From: Tetramitus jugosus
Lineage: Eukaryota > Protista > Heterolobosea
Length of the DNA: 64,000 bases
Direction: 5' to 3'
Assembly (NCBI GenBank): GCA_937625935.1
Contig: OW569358.1
Coordinates: 310,001 to 374,000, forward strand
Both the position numbers and the translations under genes were made by a program. The notes under the pieces are model-generated. The model saw only the letters and a program-made list of their open reading frames with translations. It was not told where the DNA came from and searched no databases. The number at the start of each line of letters is the position of its first letter. Positions within the stretch are counted from its first letter, which is position 1. Below, piece by piece: positions 55,132 to 64,000 of this stretch.

Positions 55132-56358
55132 CTAGAGAGGCATATTACTGCTTGATAGTCTCTCAATTTCTGTGCTGAGACGTGCCAACTTTCCAATCAG
55201 TACATCAAACGCTACTTCTACAACAGCTCTAGAGCTCATGGCACCAGTGGACTCCACAGAAAACACAAAATCTCTCAGGTTGCCTTGTCTGCTTCCCTTC
55301 TCTCTAATAGCAACCAAATTGTCCAATCCCCATTCTTGTGCCTTAATCACGCACTCATTACAATAGGTGCATGCCTCCAGATCAGCAACAACCACTCTGT
55401 CTGCATCTCTCTCATACTCGTAGACCTTGTTTGGACAAGAGTAAACAAACTCCTTCTTTTGATCTGTGGAGAGTGCACCTGTGAGCTGTGGGTTCAGAAT
55501 AATCTCAGGGATCAACGTGTAGGTAACAGTGGCAACAGGACTCCATTTGGCGTGTTCTTTTCCGACACCCTTCTTTGCGATTGCTCTCAACTTTACGTGT
55601 TGATTCTTTCTGAGCTTGACAATCAATATTCCATCATCCTTATCGGCATACTCACCAGAGAGTGATCTTCCATACAGCGCACGCACTTGACCGTGAGATC
55701 CAGATTTTTCTCTGGAGACAACAAGATCCTTTGATGTGACTTCCAATGTATCATAATCCGTGCATTTCACATCCAACACAAACTCAACTGTACAGCGCTC
55801 ACAACCACCATCACATGGGCACTCCTGTAATTATCATCGTCATATCATTATCAAAAAAATATTCATACACAAAAAAATGTCATACAACAACAACACTTGT
55901 TAGCAATCAACAAACACATCTCTCATACAAAAAGCTTTTCACCACAACAAACACTCAAAAAAACAAGCAGGCAACAAACACAACCAACGACTTACCCTAG
56001 AGTAGTTCATCTCATCCATGTATCGCCTAGTCTTTTGTTCATCAATAAAATCAGGTGTTTGAATTGGAATGAGACCCAATCGATGTGCAATAAACTCATC
56101 GTGCAACACACTTGTATTATTCTCAATTTCCACAAGGTCAATAGACAAGGTAGGCACCTCAGAAATCATGACTCTTCTCAAGGAATTTGCAATCGAAGTG
56201 TCTACATTGGCAAGCTTAAAAACAGTCAACTCACCAGTGCTCTGTCTCAATTCAATAGCTGGTTCAGCATAGGCTGAGGTGTTGCTGTTACTGCTTTGAT
56301 TCATGTGTTGAGAGTAGAGATGGGAGGAACCATAGGAAGATTGATAAGAGTTCATCAT
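55132..56358 (-). CDS. RPB3: RNA polymerase II subunit RPB3. Exons 56358..55996 and 55824..55132
   Basis: ANSLRRVMISEVPT, NTSVLHDEFIAHRLGLIP, spliced Zn loop ECPCDGGCERC, and KGVGKEHAKWSP. Confidence 0.96.
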
Positions 56359-56695
56359 TTTTCTTTCTTTGTTGTTGTTATTATTGTTGTTTGTTCAAAA
56401 ACGAAAACCGTTTGGTGTTCTGTGAAAAAGTGGGGGAGAATGGATGATCGTGGTGGTGGTGCTTTGGTTAGCGTCAATTGTTGTTGTTGTGGGTTGAATA
56501 GTGAGGGTAGCAACGCAACACTGATGATTTCAAAGAAAAAATGAGAAGGTCCTGATCTCGTTTTTTTTGTGTTTGTGTGGAAAAGAGAATAAAACTGCGC
56601 AAACGAACATTTGGGGACGTTCGAAGATTCCGCCCATTGTTGTTCTTTGGTCTGTGGAGGAGAAAATAGGCAGGGTTCTGACACAAGACAGATGA

Positions 56696-57820
56696 TTATT
56701 TAATGTTGAGGGAGCGCTTGAAACTCTCCATTGTATTCTTCATGAGCATCGCAATTGTCATTGGTCCGACACCTCCAGGCACCGGAGTGATCTTGCCTGC
56801 AATTTCCTTGACACTGTCAAAGTCTACATCGCCCACAATTCGTTTACCACTCTTCAGTGTTGCATCGTCAATCTCATTGATACCCACATCGATTACAATG
56901 GCACCTTGTTTCACCCACTCTCTCTTGACAAATCTGGCAACACCACAAGCGGCAATAATCACATCTGCATCGCTCATAATCTGTTGAATATTGTTGGATC
57001 TCGAATGCAGCACAGTCACAGTTGCATCACGATGAATCAGTGCCAATGCAATCGGAATTCCAACAATATTACTCCTGCCCAGAACAACCACATGAATTCC
57101 CTCGAGTTTCACATGCTCTCGATCCAACAATTCCATAATACCTCGTGGCGTACATGGAACAAACAATGGATGTCTCTCTTTCATTGATAAATTACCAATG
57201 TTGATTGGATGCAGTCCATCCACGTCCTTTTCGGGTGATATTTGACTCAGGACATGTTCTTCATCAATGTGATCCGGAAGAGGCAACTGCACTAGAATAC
57301 CATGAATGTTGGGATCATGATTCAACTTTTGAATATGATCAATCAACTCTGCTTGAGAAGTGTCGTGTGGGGAGAGTTGAATGAGCTCTGAATGGAAACC
57401 CAATTTTTCAGCCATCTTTTTCTTCATGCGAACATAGGTCACAGAGTCATGTCTGTTGGACATGAGAACAACAGCTAAACCAGGCACTGATTTTTGTTTG
57501 GATTGTTGGTGGTGAAGAATGGATTGTAGCTCTGATTTGATCTCATCTTGAATTTTAGCAGCATGTTTTCTACCGTCTATAATGTTGTTGTTGGTGGTGA
57601 GATGAGATGTTTGTTTTGATGAGCTGTGCTGTTGTTGCCGTAGAGATGATTCTGTCGAAAAATGGCGGGAAAAAGTGATGGTTGGAAATGATCGATTCAG
57701 AAGATAATGGGAGTGAAGGAGGCATGCCGGTGGTGAGCAATGGAATGATTTCTTTTGACTGGGTATGGAGACTGTGATTGATGGTGTTCTTCCTATTGGT
57801 GCACACAAATTTTTGATCAT
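56696..57820 (-). CDS. folD: Bifunctional methylene-THF dehydrogenase/cyclohydrolase, probably mitochondrial
   Basis: HGILVQLPLP, KDVDG, PCTP, GRSNIVG and PVPGGVGPMT motifs, preceded by an S/R-rich presequence. Confidence 0.95.
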   Translation of the reverse strand: MIKNLCAPIGRTPSITVSIPSQKKSFHCSPPACLLHSHYLLNRSFPTITFSRHFSTESSLRQQQHSSSKQTSHLTTNNNIIDGRKHAAKIQDEIKSELQSILHHQQSKQKSVPGLAVVLMSNRHDSVTYVRMKKKMAEKLGFHSELIQLSPHDTSQAELIDHIQKLNHDPNIHGILVQLPLPDHIDEEHVLSQISPEKDVDGLHPINIGNLSMKERHPLFVPCTPRGIMELLDREHVKLEGIHVVVLGRSNIVGIPIALALIHRDATVTVLHSRSNNIQQIMSDADVIIAACGVARFVKREWVKQGAIVIDVGINEIDDATLKSGKRIVGDVDFDSVKEIAGKITPVPGGVGPMTIAMLMKNTMESFKRSLNIK

Positions 57821-57898
57821 TTTATGTTTTTGGTTTTTCCGCTGCTTGAATAAATATTCGTCTACTGTTTGTGACACAGACAGCTGGTTGTTGTAGGT

Positions 57899-60502
57899 TT
57901 ACTGGGGACCACCTGAGACAGCTGAAGCGTGTTGTTGCTTCTTTGAGTCCAAGTAGGTTGCATCAGTTCCGAACAGGTAGAGTAACAAGCCTGCACAGAG
58001 CATAAATGGAAGCACAATCATCCATTTGAATAAGTTCAAGAATGCGATATTAAATCCAAGAGTAAACTCATCCTCGAATCGAACTCCATGTTCATTAACC
58101 ATGGACACAATGACTTTGCCGTGGAATCGCTTGCTTGGCGTTGGTACAATCACCACGTATCTTCCAGGCTTGTCATAAATCTTTTCCTTCAATAGTTCAT
58201 AGGTACCACCAATAGTGATTCGAATCGTGTATCTCCGAGGAATGTGTGATGGCATCTTACGATTGTCCACAATATCGAATTCAACCTTGAATGAACTTCC
58301 GAATTCATCTCTGTGCTTTCTGCTGTTCTTTGTGACACTGAGTCCATGATAATTGGCTCTATAGGCAACATTGGGTGTCATACCAGTGATTGTCTTCAGT
58401 GGATCGTAAGGAACTGTTGTTCCTAGATTCAAGACATTTCCGTTCATTGTTGTAACAATCAAGTTTAGGTACCCATTGCCAGTTACATCATCGATGAGCA
58501 CTTGAGAGTAGATACGCTCACCGATATCAAACTTATCAATGCAGGTTGTCTTAGCGTCCACAAAGTACACATATCCATCGTGAGACGGAGCGATAATTGT
58601 TGCTGATTGAGGATCATCACTCAATCCTGTCAAAATAGAAGCACTGGACAAAATAGGGCCGTCGGTTTTAACTGGGAAACCAGGTAGAACATCTCCCGTG
58701 TCACCCTTGATCGCCCAAATATGACCACTTGTGGATGTTGCAACAATATCTAGTATCCCATCTCCATCCAAGTCAGCAGCAGTCAAACCAGATGATAGTC
58801 TTCCGCTTGTTACCTTTTCCCATACAACCTTCCCTTTGTAGTTGAAGCAAACGACATTAGAGTTGGCATCTCCAGCACATATCTCAACATCTCCATCATT
58901 ATTTACATCTTCGACAATAGGTTGGCCTTGCATCTCTCCAATCAAAATAGGGAATCCCTCCTTTGTTTTTCCCTTTCTATCCACGACATAGATCCAACCC
59001 ATGGATGTTGCTATAACCACTTCGAGCAGTCCATCAGAGTCAATGTCAGCAACAATAGGAGTAGCATATATGTGAGCTCTTGTGTTTGTTCTATCTGTAG
59101 TAAGATCCAAGTGCAATTCCCACTTCAATTTCATAGTTGCCAAATCATAAACAACAAGTCCACCAGCAACATACTTGTGAATATCGATATCAGAATCCAA
59201 CTTTGATCTGTGGAATGGATCAGAAGCATAGTATTCCTCATCAAAAAAGTATGTCACAGCAAATATAATGTCATCACTACCATCGTTGTCCAAATCAACA
59301 ATGACGGGAGTATTGAGCAAATGTGGATCAACATAGACAAAGTTCTTCAATGATCCAAATTCCTTTTCGTCTCTCTTCTTTTGTTCCTTCAACTTTTGTT
59401 CGTAATCAGCAGGTATGAAGGGATTATCATGTCTGTCCAACTCATCAATCAACGCTCTCATTGATTTTGGTATGTGGATCAATTTCATTGACTCCTTCGC
59501 CTCGGCACTCAACAGTGCATCAGCACTTGTTTCCTCCTTCTTTGTTTCCTGTTTAGTGCTTGATCCTTGATCTTCAGCAACTTGCAAAAGCTTTCTTGTT
59601 TGTTTCTTGTTCTTCATTTTCGTTTTCATCTCGTTCAATCGCGCTTCTGAAGGCAACTCCGTATCCTTCTCTGTCTTGCGGTTTTGATCTTGCACCTCTG
59701 GATTGTTTGCAACATTTGGTTGATTTGCTTGTTGTTGTTGCTGTTGTTGACGAGTACCTTGCTGCTTTCGATTCATCAAATTCATCGAAATATCCATAGT
59801 CTCATCATTCAAACCCTGGAACCAATTCTTCTCTAGCCGCAGAGGAAGCAACTTGAATGATCGATCACGCATCAATCTTCCATTCGACTTCAAGAAAACC
59901 AGTTCGCCATCACCAGTGCTCACCACAACTTCCTGCTCATGATCACCATCAATATCATACATGAGTGCACTCCCGTGAGACATGAAATTCGAGTGAGAGA
60001 ATGGCCAAATCGATGGTTCTTCACTCTGACGACCATGACGATGACTCTCGTTCTCTTCTTGTTCAATCGAGACTGATCCCTGATGCTTCTCTGATCCAGT
60101 AGGTCCATGCAACGCTTCTACATACCTAACAAACGTCGAAATGACAATATCCTTGAATGGAGATTTCGCATCGAGGTACGTAATGGTCGGTGTCTGATAA
60201 ATGCTACTACCGACTTCACTCTGCCAAATGATATCAATGTCCACCATTGATTTTTTGGCGGCACATTTTTCAGAAGCAACCGTGTGATGAAATCCTGTGG
60301 CATCTGTTCCGAACAATACTTGATCCACGTCGACTGCTGTTCTCGTGTTGAACTCGTTCTTTGTCAGTTGAGTGTCTTTTGAGATGGGTTTTGAGATTTG
60401 GGCGAGTGAGAGTTGGATGCAAGTCACAACGACAATGATGATGATGATGCAGAGGATCATCCGAATCATCTCGAGTGGTGATCGCTGTCGTGTTGTGATC
60501 AT
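57899..60502 (-). CDS. DEX1 (defective in exine formation 1)-like FG-GAP repeat type I membrane protein
   Basis: Signal peptide, WQSEVGSSIY.TP, multiple DxDxDG Ca-binding loops, VYVDPHLLNTPVI..YFFDEEYY, and a C-terminal TM. Confidence 0.88.
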   Translation of the reverse strand: MITTRQRSPLEMIRMILCIIIIIVVVTCIQLSLAQISKPISKDTQLTKNEFNTRTAVDVDQVLFGTDATGFHHTVASEKCAAKKSMVDIDIIWQSEVGSSIYQTPTITYLDAKSPFKDIVISTFVRYVEALHGPTGSEKHQGSVSIEQEENESHRHGRQSEEPSIWPFSHSNFMSHGSALMYDIDGDHEQEVVVSTGDGELVFLKSNGRLMRDRSFKLLPLRLEKNWFQGLNDETMDISMNLMNRKQQGTRQQQQQQQANQPNVANNPEVQDQNRKTEKDTELPSEARLNEMKTKMKNKKQTRKLLQVAEDQGSSTKQETKKEETSADALLSAEAKESMKLIHIPKSMRALIDELDRHDNPFIPADYEQKLKEQKKRDEKEFGSLKNFVYVDPHLLNTPVIVDLDNDGSDDIIFAVTYFFDEEYYASDPFHRSKLDSDIDIHKYVAGGLVVYDLATMKLKWELHLDLTTDRTNTRAHIYATPIVADIDSDGLLEVVIATSMGWIYVVDRKGKTKEGFPILIGEMQGQPIVEDVNNDGDVEICAGDANSNVVCFNYKGKVVWEKVTSGRLSSGLTAADLDGDGILDIVATSTSGHIWAIKGDTGDVLPGFPVKTDGPILSSASILTGLSDDPQSATIIAPSHDGYVYFVDAKTTCIDKFDIGERIYSQVLIDDVTGNGYLNLIVTTMNGNVLNLGTTVPYDPLKTITGMTPNVAYRANYHGLSVTKNSRKHRDEFGSSFKVEFDIVDNRKMPSHIPRRYTIRITIGGTYELLKEKIYDKPGRYVVIVPTPSKRFHGKVIVSMVNEHGVRFEDEFTLGFNIAFLNLFKWMIVLPFMLCAGLLLYLFGTDATYLDSKKQQHASAVSGGPQ

Positions 60503-60642
60503 CTTTTTGGTTGTTTTTTTTTTCGTGTTCTTGATTTTGGGGTGAAGTAATATTGAGCTTGGTCGAGGGGGCATTTCAGAGGAAAGGCAGCAGGAAACTG
60601 GCTAAGAGTGATGTGGTGATTTTATAATAAATATGAGAGACT

Positions 60643-61467
60643 CTAGATTGTTTGTTTCTTGCCATTGATTTGATAATAGTTGATGTACTGGAGCTCTTGC
60701 TCTGATTTTTGTCTTCGGAGTGAGATGGCCTTCTCCACGTTTTGCTTGTATTCCTTTGGCAGGAGTTTTTGTGCCCAGTTGACCACTGAACTAGGTATCC
60801 AGCCCTTGGGATCGGTTTGTGCAACGAACCATGCGCGAATCTTGTAGCCCTTGCCTTCTGATCCATCTTCAATCATTTCGATACGTGCGCCGAGGTACAA
60901 CACAATTGAGCGCACTGCTCCCTTTTCAGACAATGGTACATCTGGGTGATCGATCGACCTACCAAGAGAGTACATGGTATCTCCCTCCCAGAACTCTGCA
61001 TTGAGTGTGATAAAGTCCCTGTCTGACACGACCAGAGTGCCCCTCTTTCTCATGTACTCTACGACTTGATACTGCAACACTGGAGCGTCTTCCTTGTGTA
61101 TCACATTGACAATACGTCTACCTGCATCTCTCGTGTCCCACTCACACCTCTTTGCATAGTCTCTCATCGAGTCATAAAACTCTGCCATAGTACAATCCTC
61201 AAAATCACAGTAGTACTTGTATCGGATAAATGTGGAATTGGCAGCATCTGGGTCACGACAATCCTCGCTTGAATTGTTGGATCCACTGCCTTCTCCCTTG
61301 GATTTGTACCACATTTTACGATCTCCTTCATCGTAGAGCTCAGTGTAGTCCTCCGTGTTGTCCAACTCTGCTTTCAAGATGTCAATGTCGGTTCTGTCAA
61401 ACAACCTGATGCCTTCAGGCACCACAGTTGTTAAAACTTTACTTGGGTCGATTGAAACAAAGGCCAT
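60643..61467 (-). CDS. START-domain lipid-transfer protein (PCTP/STARD10-like)
   Basis: RCEWD, VSDRDFI, SIDHP..P...VR and DPKGWIPSSVVN motifs. Confidence 0.9.
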   Translation of the reverse strand: MAFVSIDPSKVLTTVVPEGIRLFDRTDIDILKAELDNTEDYTELYDEGDRKMWYKSKGEGSGSNNSSEDCRDPDAANSTFIRYKYYCDFEDCTMAEFYDSMRDYAKRCEWDTRDAGRRIVNVIHKEDAPVLQYQVVEYMRKRGTLVVSDRDFITLNAEFWEGDTMYSLGRSIDHPDVPLSEKGAVRSIVLYLGARIEMIEDGSEGKGYKIRAWFVAQTDPKGWIPSSVVNWAQKLLPKEYKQNVEKAISLRRQKSEQELQYINYYQINGKKQTI

Positions 61468-61669
61468 TGGTTGTGCTGCTATGATAAATCACACTGTGTC
61501 TGTTCGGAACGAATTTTTGGTTTTCGTTGGAATTTCTGAATCTTTCGGCAATAAATAAATCTCCTTCATCCAAGCTGCCATTTGAAACGAACTTGGCGAG
61601 AACAACTACCACCCAATCAAAATTCATGAACCGGGACGCTCGCAGAAGGCAGTAACAAAATCGAACCAA

Positions 61670-62770
61670 ATGATGGATTCCACAACAAGTCACTTCTCAC
61701 ATCTCTCTTCATTGCCTATACTATCGGAGCTCAAGAGAAGTAATTGCAAGAATATTTTGATTGCAGGCTGCGGAGGAGGTTTCGATGTTTACTCTGGTCT
61801 ACCTGTTTACTTTGCATTGAAGAAGGACACTGATTTTGAGTCTGTTGTGCTGGCTAATTTGACATTTAGTTCGCTGGATCATTTACAAAACGATGGATTG
61901 ACCAATCATTTGGATATCATTGTGCCTCCGAGCAAGTGGAACAATTTGGAAAAGTTTGCATGTCACATGGTTCACTCCAAGTCAGACAATCGATCACTCG
62001 GGTATTTTCCAGAGAAATATTTGTGCCAATACTTGGTCGAAGCTCATGGAGAACATGAAACAGATTGTGTGACGTATACATTTGATCGTTCCAATGGTGT
62101 TCGTTCCTTGACCAAGAGTTACGAAGCAATCATAACGAAACATAATATTGATGCTGTTATTATCGTAGATGGAGGCACAGATTCACTAATGAGAGGTGAT
62201 GAAAAGGAGTTAGGATCACCAGAAGAAGATGCTTTGACGATTGCATCAGTGTACAATATATCAACAGACGTGTTGCCCATGGACAATAGGTTCTTAATGG
62301 CAATAGGGTTCGGCGTCGATACGTTCCACGGCGTCAACCACTATCACTTTTTGGAGAATGTAGCTTCAATTGCAAGAAAGTATCCAAATGGTTACTTGGG
62401 TGCTTTTTCCCTATTGAAGCAGATGCAGGAGTTTCAGCACTTCAAGGATGCCTGTAATTTCTCATTCTCTAAAATGAGTCAGTACCCATCAATTGTCTCG
62501 AGCTCTATTATATCTGCTGTTGAAGGACATTATGGAGACTACCATGCCATACCAGACAGAACAAGTGGCAGCAAGTTGTACATTCACCCCTTGATGTCAA
62601 TGTATTGGACTTTCCGTGTTGCGCCAGTCTTCACCGAAAGCACCTACATGTTCAAGTTGTTGGAAACAGACAATAGAGATGAGGTGAACTATTGCTTGAA
62701 CAAGTATCGAACAAACCTGCAAAAGAACCAGCCTCATCTCATCAGACAACCTCAGAACCTGCCAGTCTAA
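61670..62770 (+). CDS. DUF1152 family protein
   Basis: ILIAGCGGGFDV..GLP, YFPE, VDGGTDSLMRGDE..LGSPEED and GFGVD..HG motifs. Confidence 0.85.
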   Translation: MMDSTTSHFSHLSSLPILSELKRSNCKNILIAGCGGGFDVYSGLPVYFALKKDTDFESVVLANLTFSSLDHLQNDGLTNHLDIIVPPSKWNNLEKFACHMVHSKSDNRSLGYFPEKYLCQYLVEAHGEHETDCVTYTFDRSNGVRSLTKSYEAIITKHNIDAVIIVDGGTDSLMRGDEKELGSPEEDALTIASVYNISTDVLPMDNRFLMAIGFGVDTFHGVNHYHFLENVASIARKYPNGYLGAFSLLKQMQEFQHFKDACNFSFSKMSQYPSIVSSSIISAVEGHYGDYHAIPDRTSGSKLYIHPLMSMYWTFRVAPVFTESTYMFKLLETDNRDEVNYCLNKYRTNLQKNQPHLIRQPQNLPV

Positions 62771-62966
62771 TTTATCACCACACCTATTCCTCATTCCTCC
62801 GACAGTAAAGTATTCAAATTGCTTGAAGGTTCAATAAAAATTTTCACACCAACAAAAAATTTCTCCACACACGCGAAACTAAAATTCAGCAAACAACACA
62901 CCATCTCACACATTTGAAGAGTGAAACACAACTGAACGAACGAACAATAACAACAAAAACAAAAAA

Positions 62967-64000
62967 ATGACAGTCGGTGTGATGCATATACAGATGGCTG
63001 AGTGTTCAGATGATGAACTACCACCATCACTTCATGAAATTGAAGAAGAAACCATTCCTACCAAGTACCCTCACTTGAAGAAGCAACAAAAACAGGGAAT
63101 ATATGACAATCAATTGCGTTATTTGTGTGGAGGGCGATTCATATCGAAACCAATCTTTTTGAACAATGGTCAACTGTTTGCTATTGCTCAATCCACCAAT
63201 GTCAAAGTATACTCTGCACAGACTGGTCAATTTGTTGCGAATTTGCCACATGAAAAAGTGTTGACCGTTTTGGCTCATCCAGACAATGCAAAACAGGTAA
63301 TTATTCTCTCATTCTCTCGCCATCAACAAATGGATGATGATTCTATCGTGTGTGTTTTGTGTGTTTTGTGTGAAAATGATGATATCTGACAACAATATAT
63401 TTTTCTTTCGCTCGCAACAACAACAACAACAACAACAGGTATTCACAGCTTCAACAGATGGTTCCATTAAGCTTTGGAACATTATGAATGAGAACCTAGT
63501 GTCAGAGTATGACTTGGAGATGAATGGAGTGACTCACTTTGCTATATCATGTGTCGACAAAATCAATCCTTTGCTTGTTCGTGGTTTCGTTGCTGTCAAT
63601 CAATCTTCGACCGCTTCTTCATCATTCTATCAGATTGGTCTCTACACGGATGAGACAAACAAGGTGACTATTCAAAAATCGTCAAAAGTGACCGATATTC
63701 GCAGCGAATTCTCTCAATTCACATTGGCCCAGGATCACTCCATGATTCTCGTCTCTGATCGCAACAAATTGAACGTTTACGATTTACAAGATGACTTTTA
63801 TTCGAACAATAGGTCAAAGAGAGCAAACAACATTACTCACAAGCACATTATCACATGTGTCGCACATAACGCAAAGAGAAATTTGATTGCATTTGGTGAT
63901 GAGAGAGGTGCCATCATGGTGTATCACCCTAGTGGAGCTCACAGCTTACTCCATTGGCATCCTGTTGTCGTTAACAGTTTGGACTTTAGTTCCGATGGCA
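62967..64000 (+). CDS. WDR75: WD40 protein WDR75/Utp17-like, 3'-partial. Exon 62967..63296, intron 63297..63438, exon 63439..>64000
   Basis: GGRFISKPIF...VKVYS.QTG, spliced VFTASTDGSIKLWN, and LLHWHPVVVNSLDFSSDG at the window end. Confidence 0.8.

Overview
Gene-dense, AT-rich eukaryotic nuclear DNA in the standard genetic code, with about 33 protein-coding genes, very short intergenic spacers and occasional short GT-AG introns (GTATGT/GTACGT/GTAAGT donors). The gene content (flagellar CCDC39, a Cache-HAMP-cyclase receptor, DEX1-like, N/Q-rich linkers) suggests a free-living flagellate or amoeboflagellate protist, possibly heterolobosean; this is an inference. Recognisable genes: Nup42-like FG nucleoporin head-to-head with ELYS-like, CCDC39, a J-protein, Asteroid/FAM120-like, SDHAF3, TMEM135-like, class 3 lipase, ALDH3, CDK8, SLC26, tetra-ubiquitin, TPR-SET, metallophosphoesterase, MFS, CDGSH Fe-S protein, ankyrin-Cache-pseudocyclase, VIT/DUF2135, formin, RPB3, FolD, DEX1-like, START, DUF1152 and WDR75. 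The main candidate novelty is at the left edge (<1..3056). It is an intact, 5'-truncated ORF of about 990 aa whose motifs are collinear with the post-catalytic half of a bunyavirus-type L protein (negative-strand RNA virus polymerase). It appears to carry a spliceosomal intron and sits 10 bp from a host nucleoporin gene, so it may be a domesticated RNA-virus polymerase gene. The viral comparison is from remembered sequence and needs a profile search. Also found: a decayed V-ATPase subunit C pseudogene missed by the ORF track, stop codons embedded in AATAAA signals, E2F-type sites in divergent promoters, and several probable pseudo-enzymes. No rRNA, tRNA or CRISPR array was seen.
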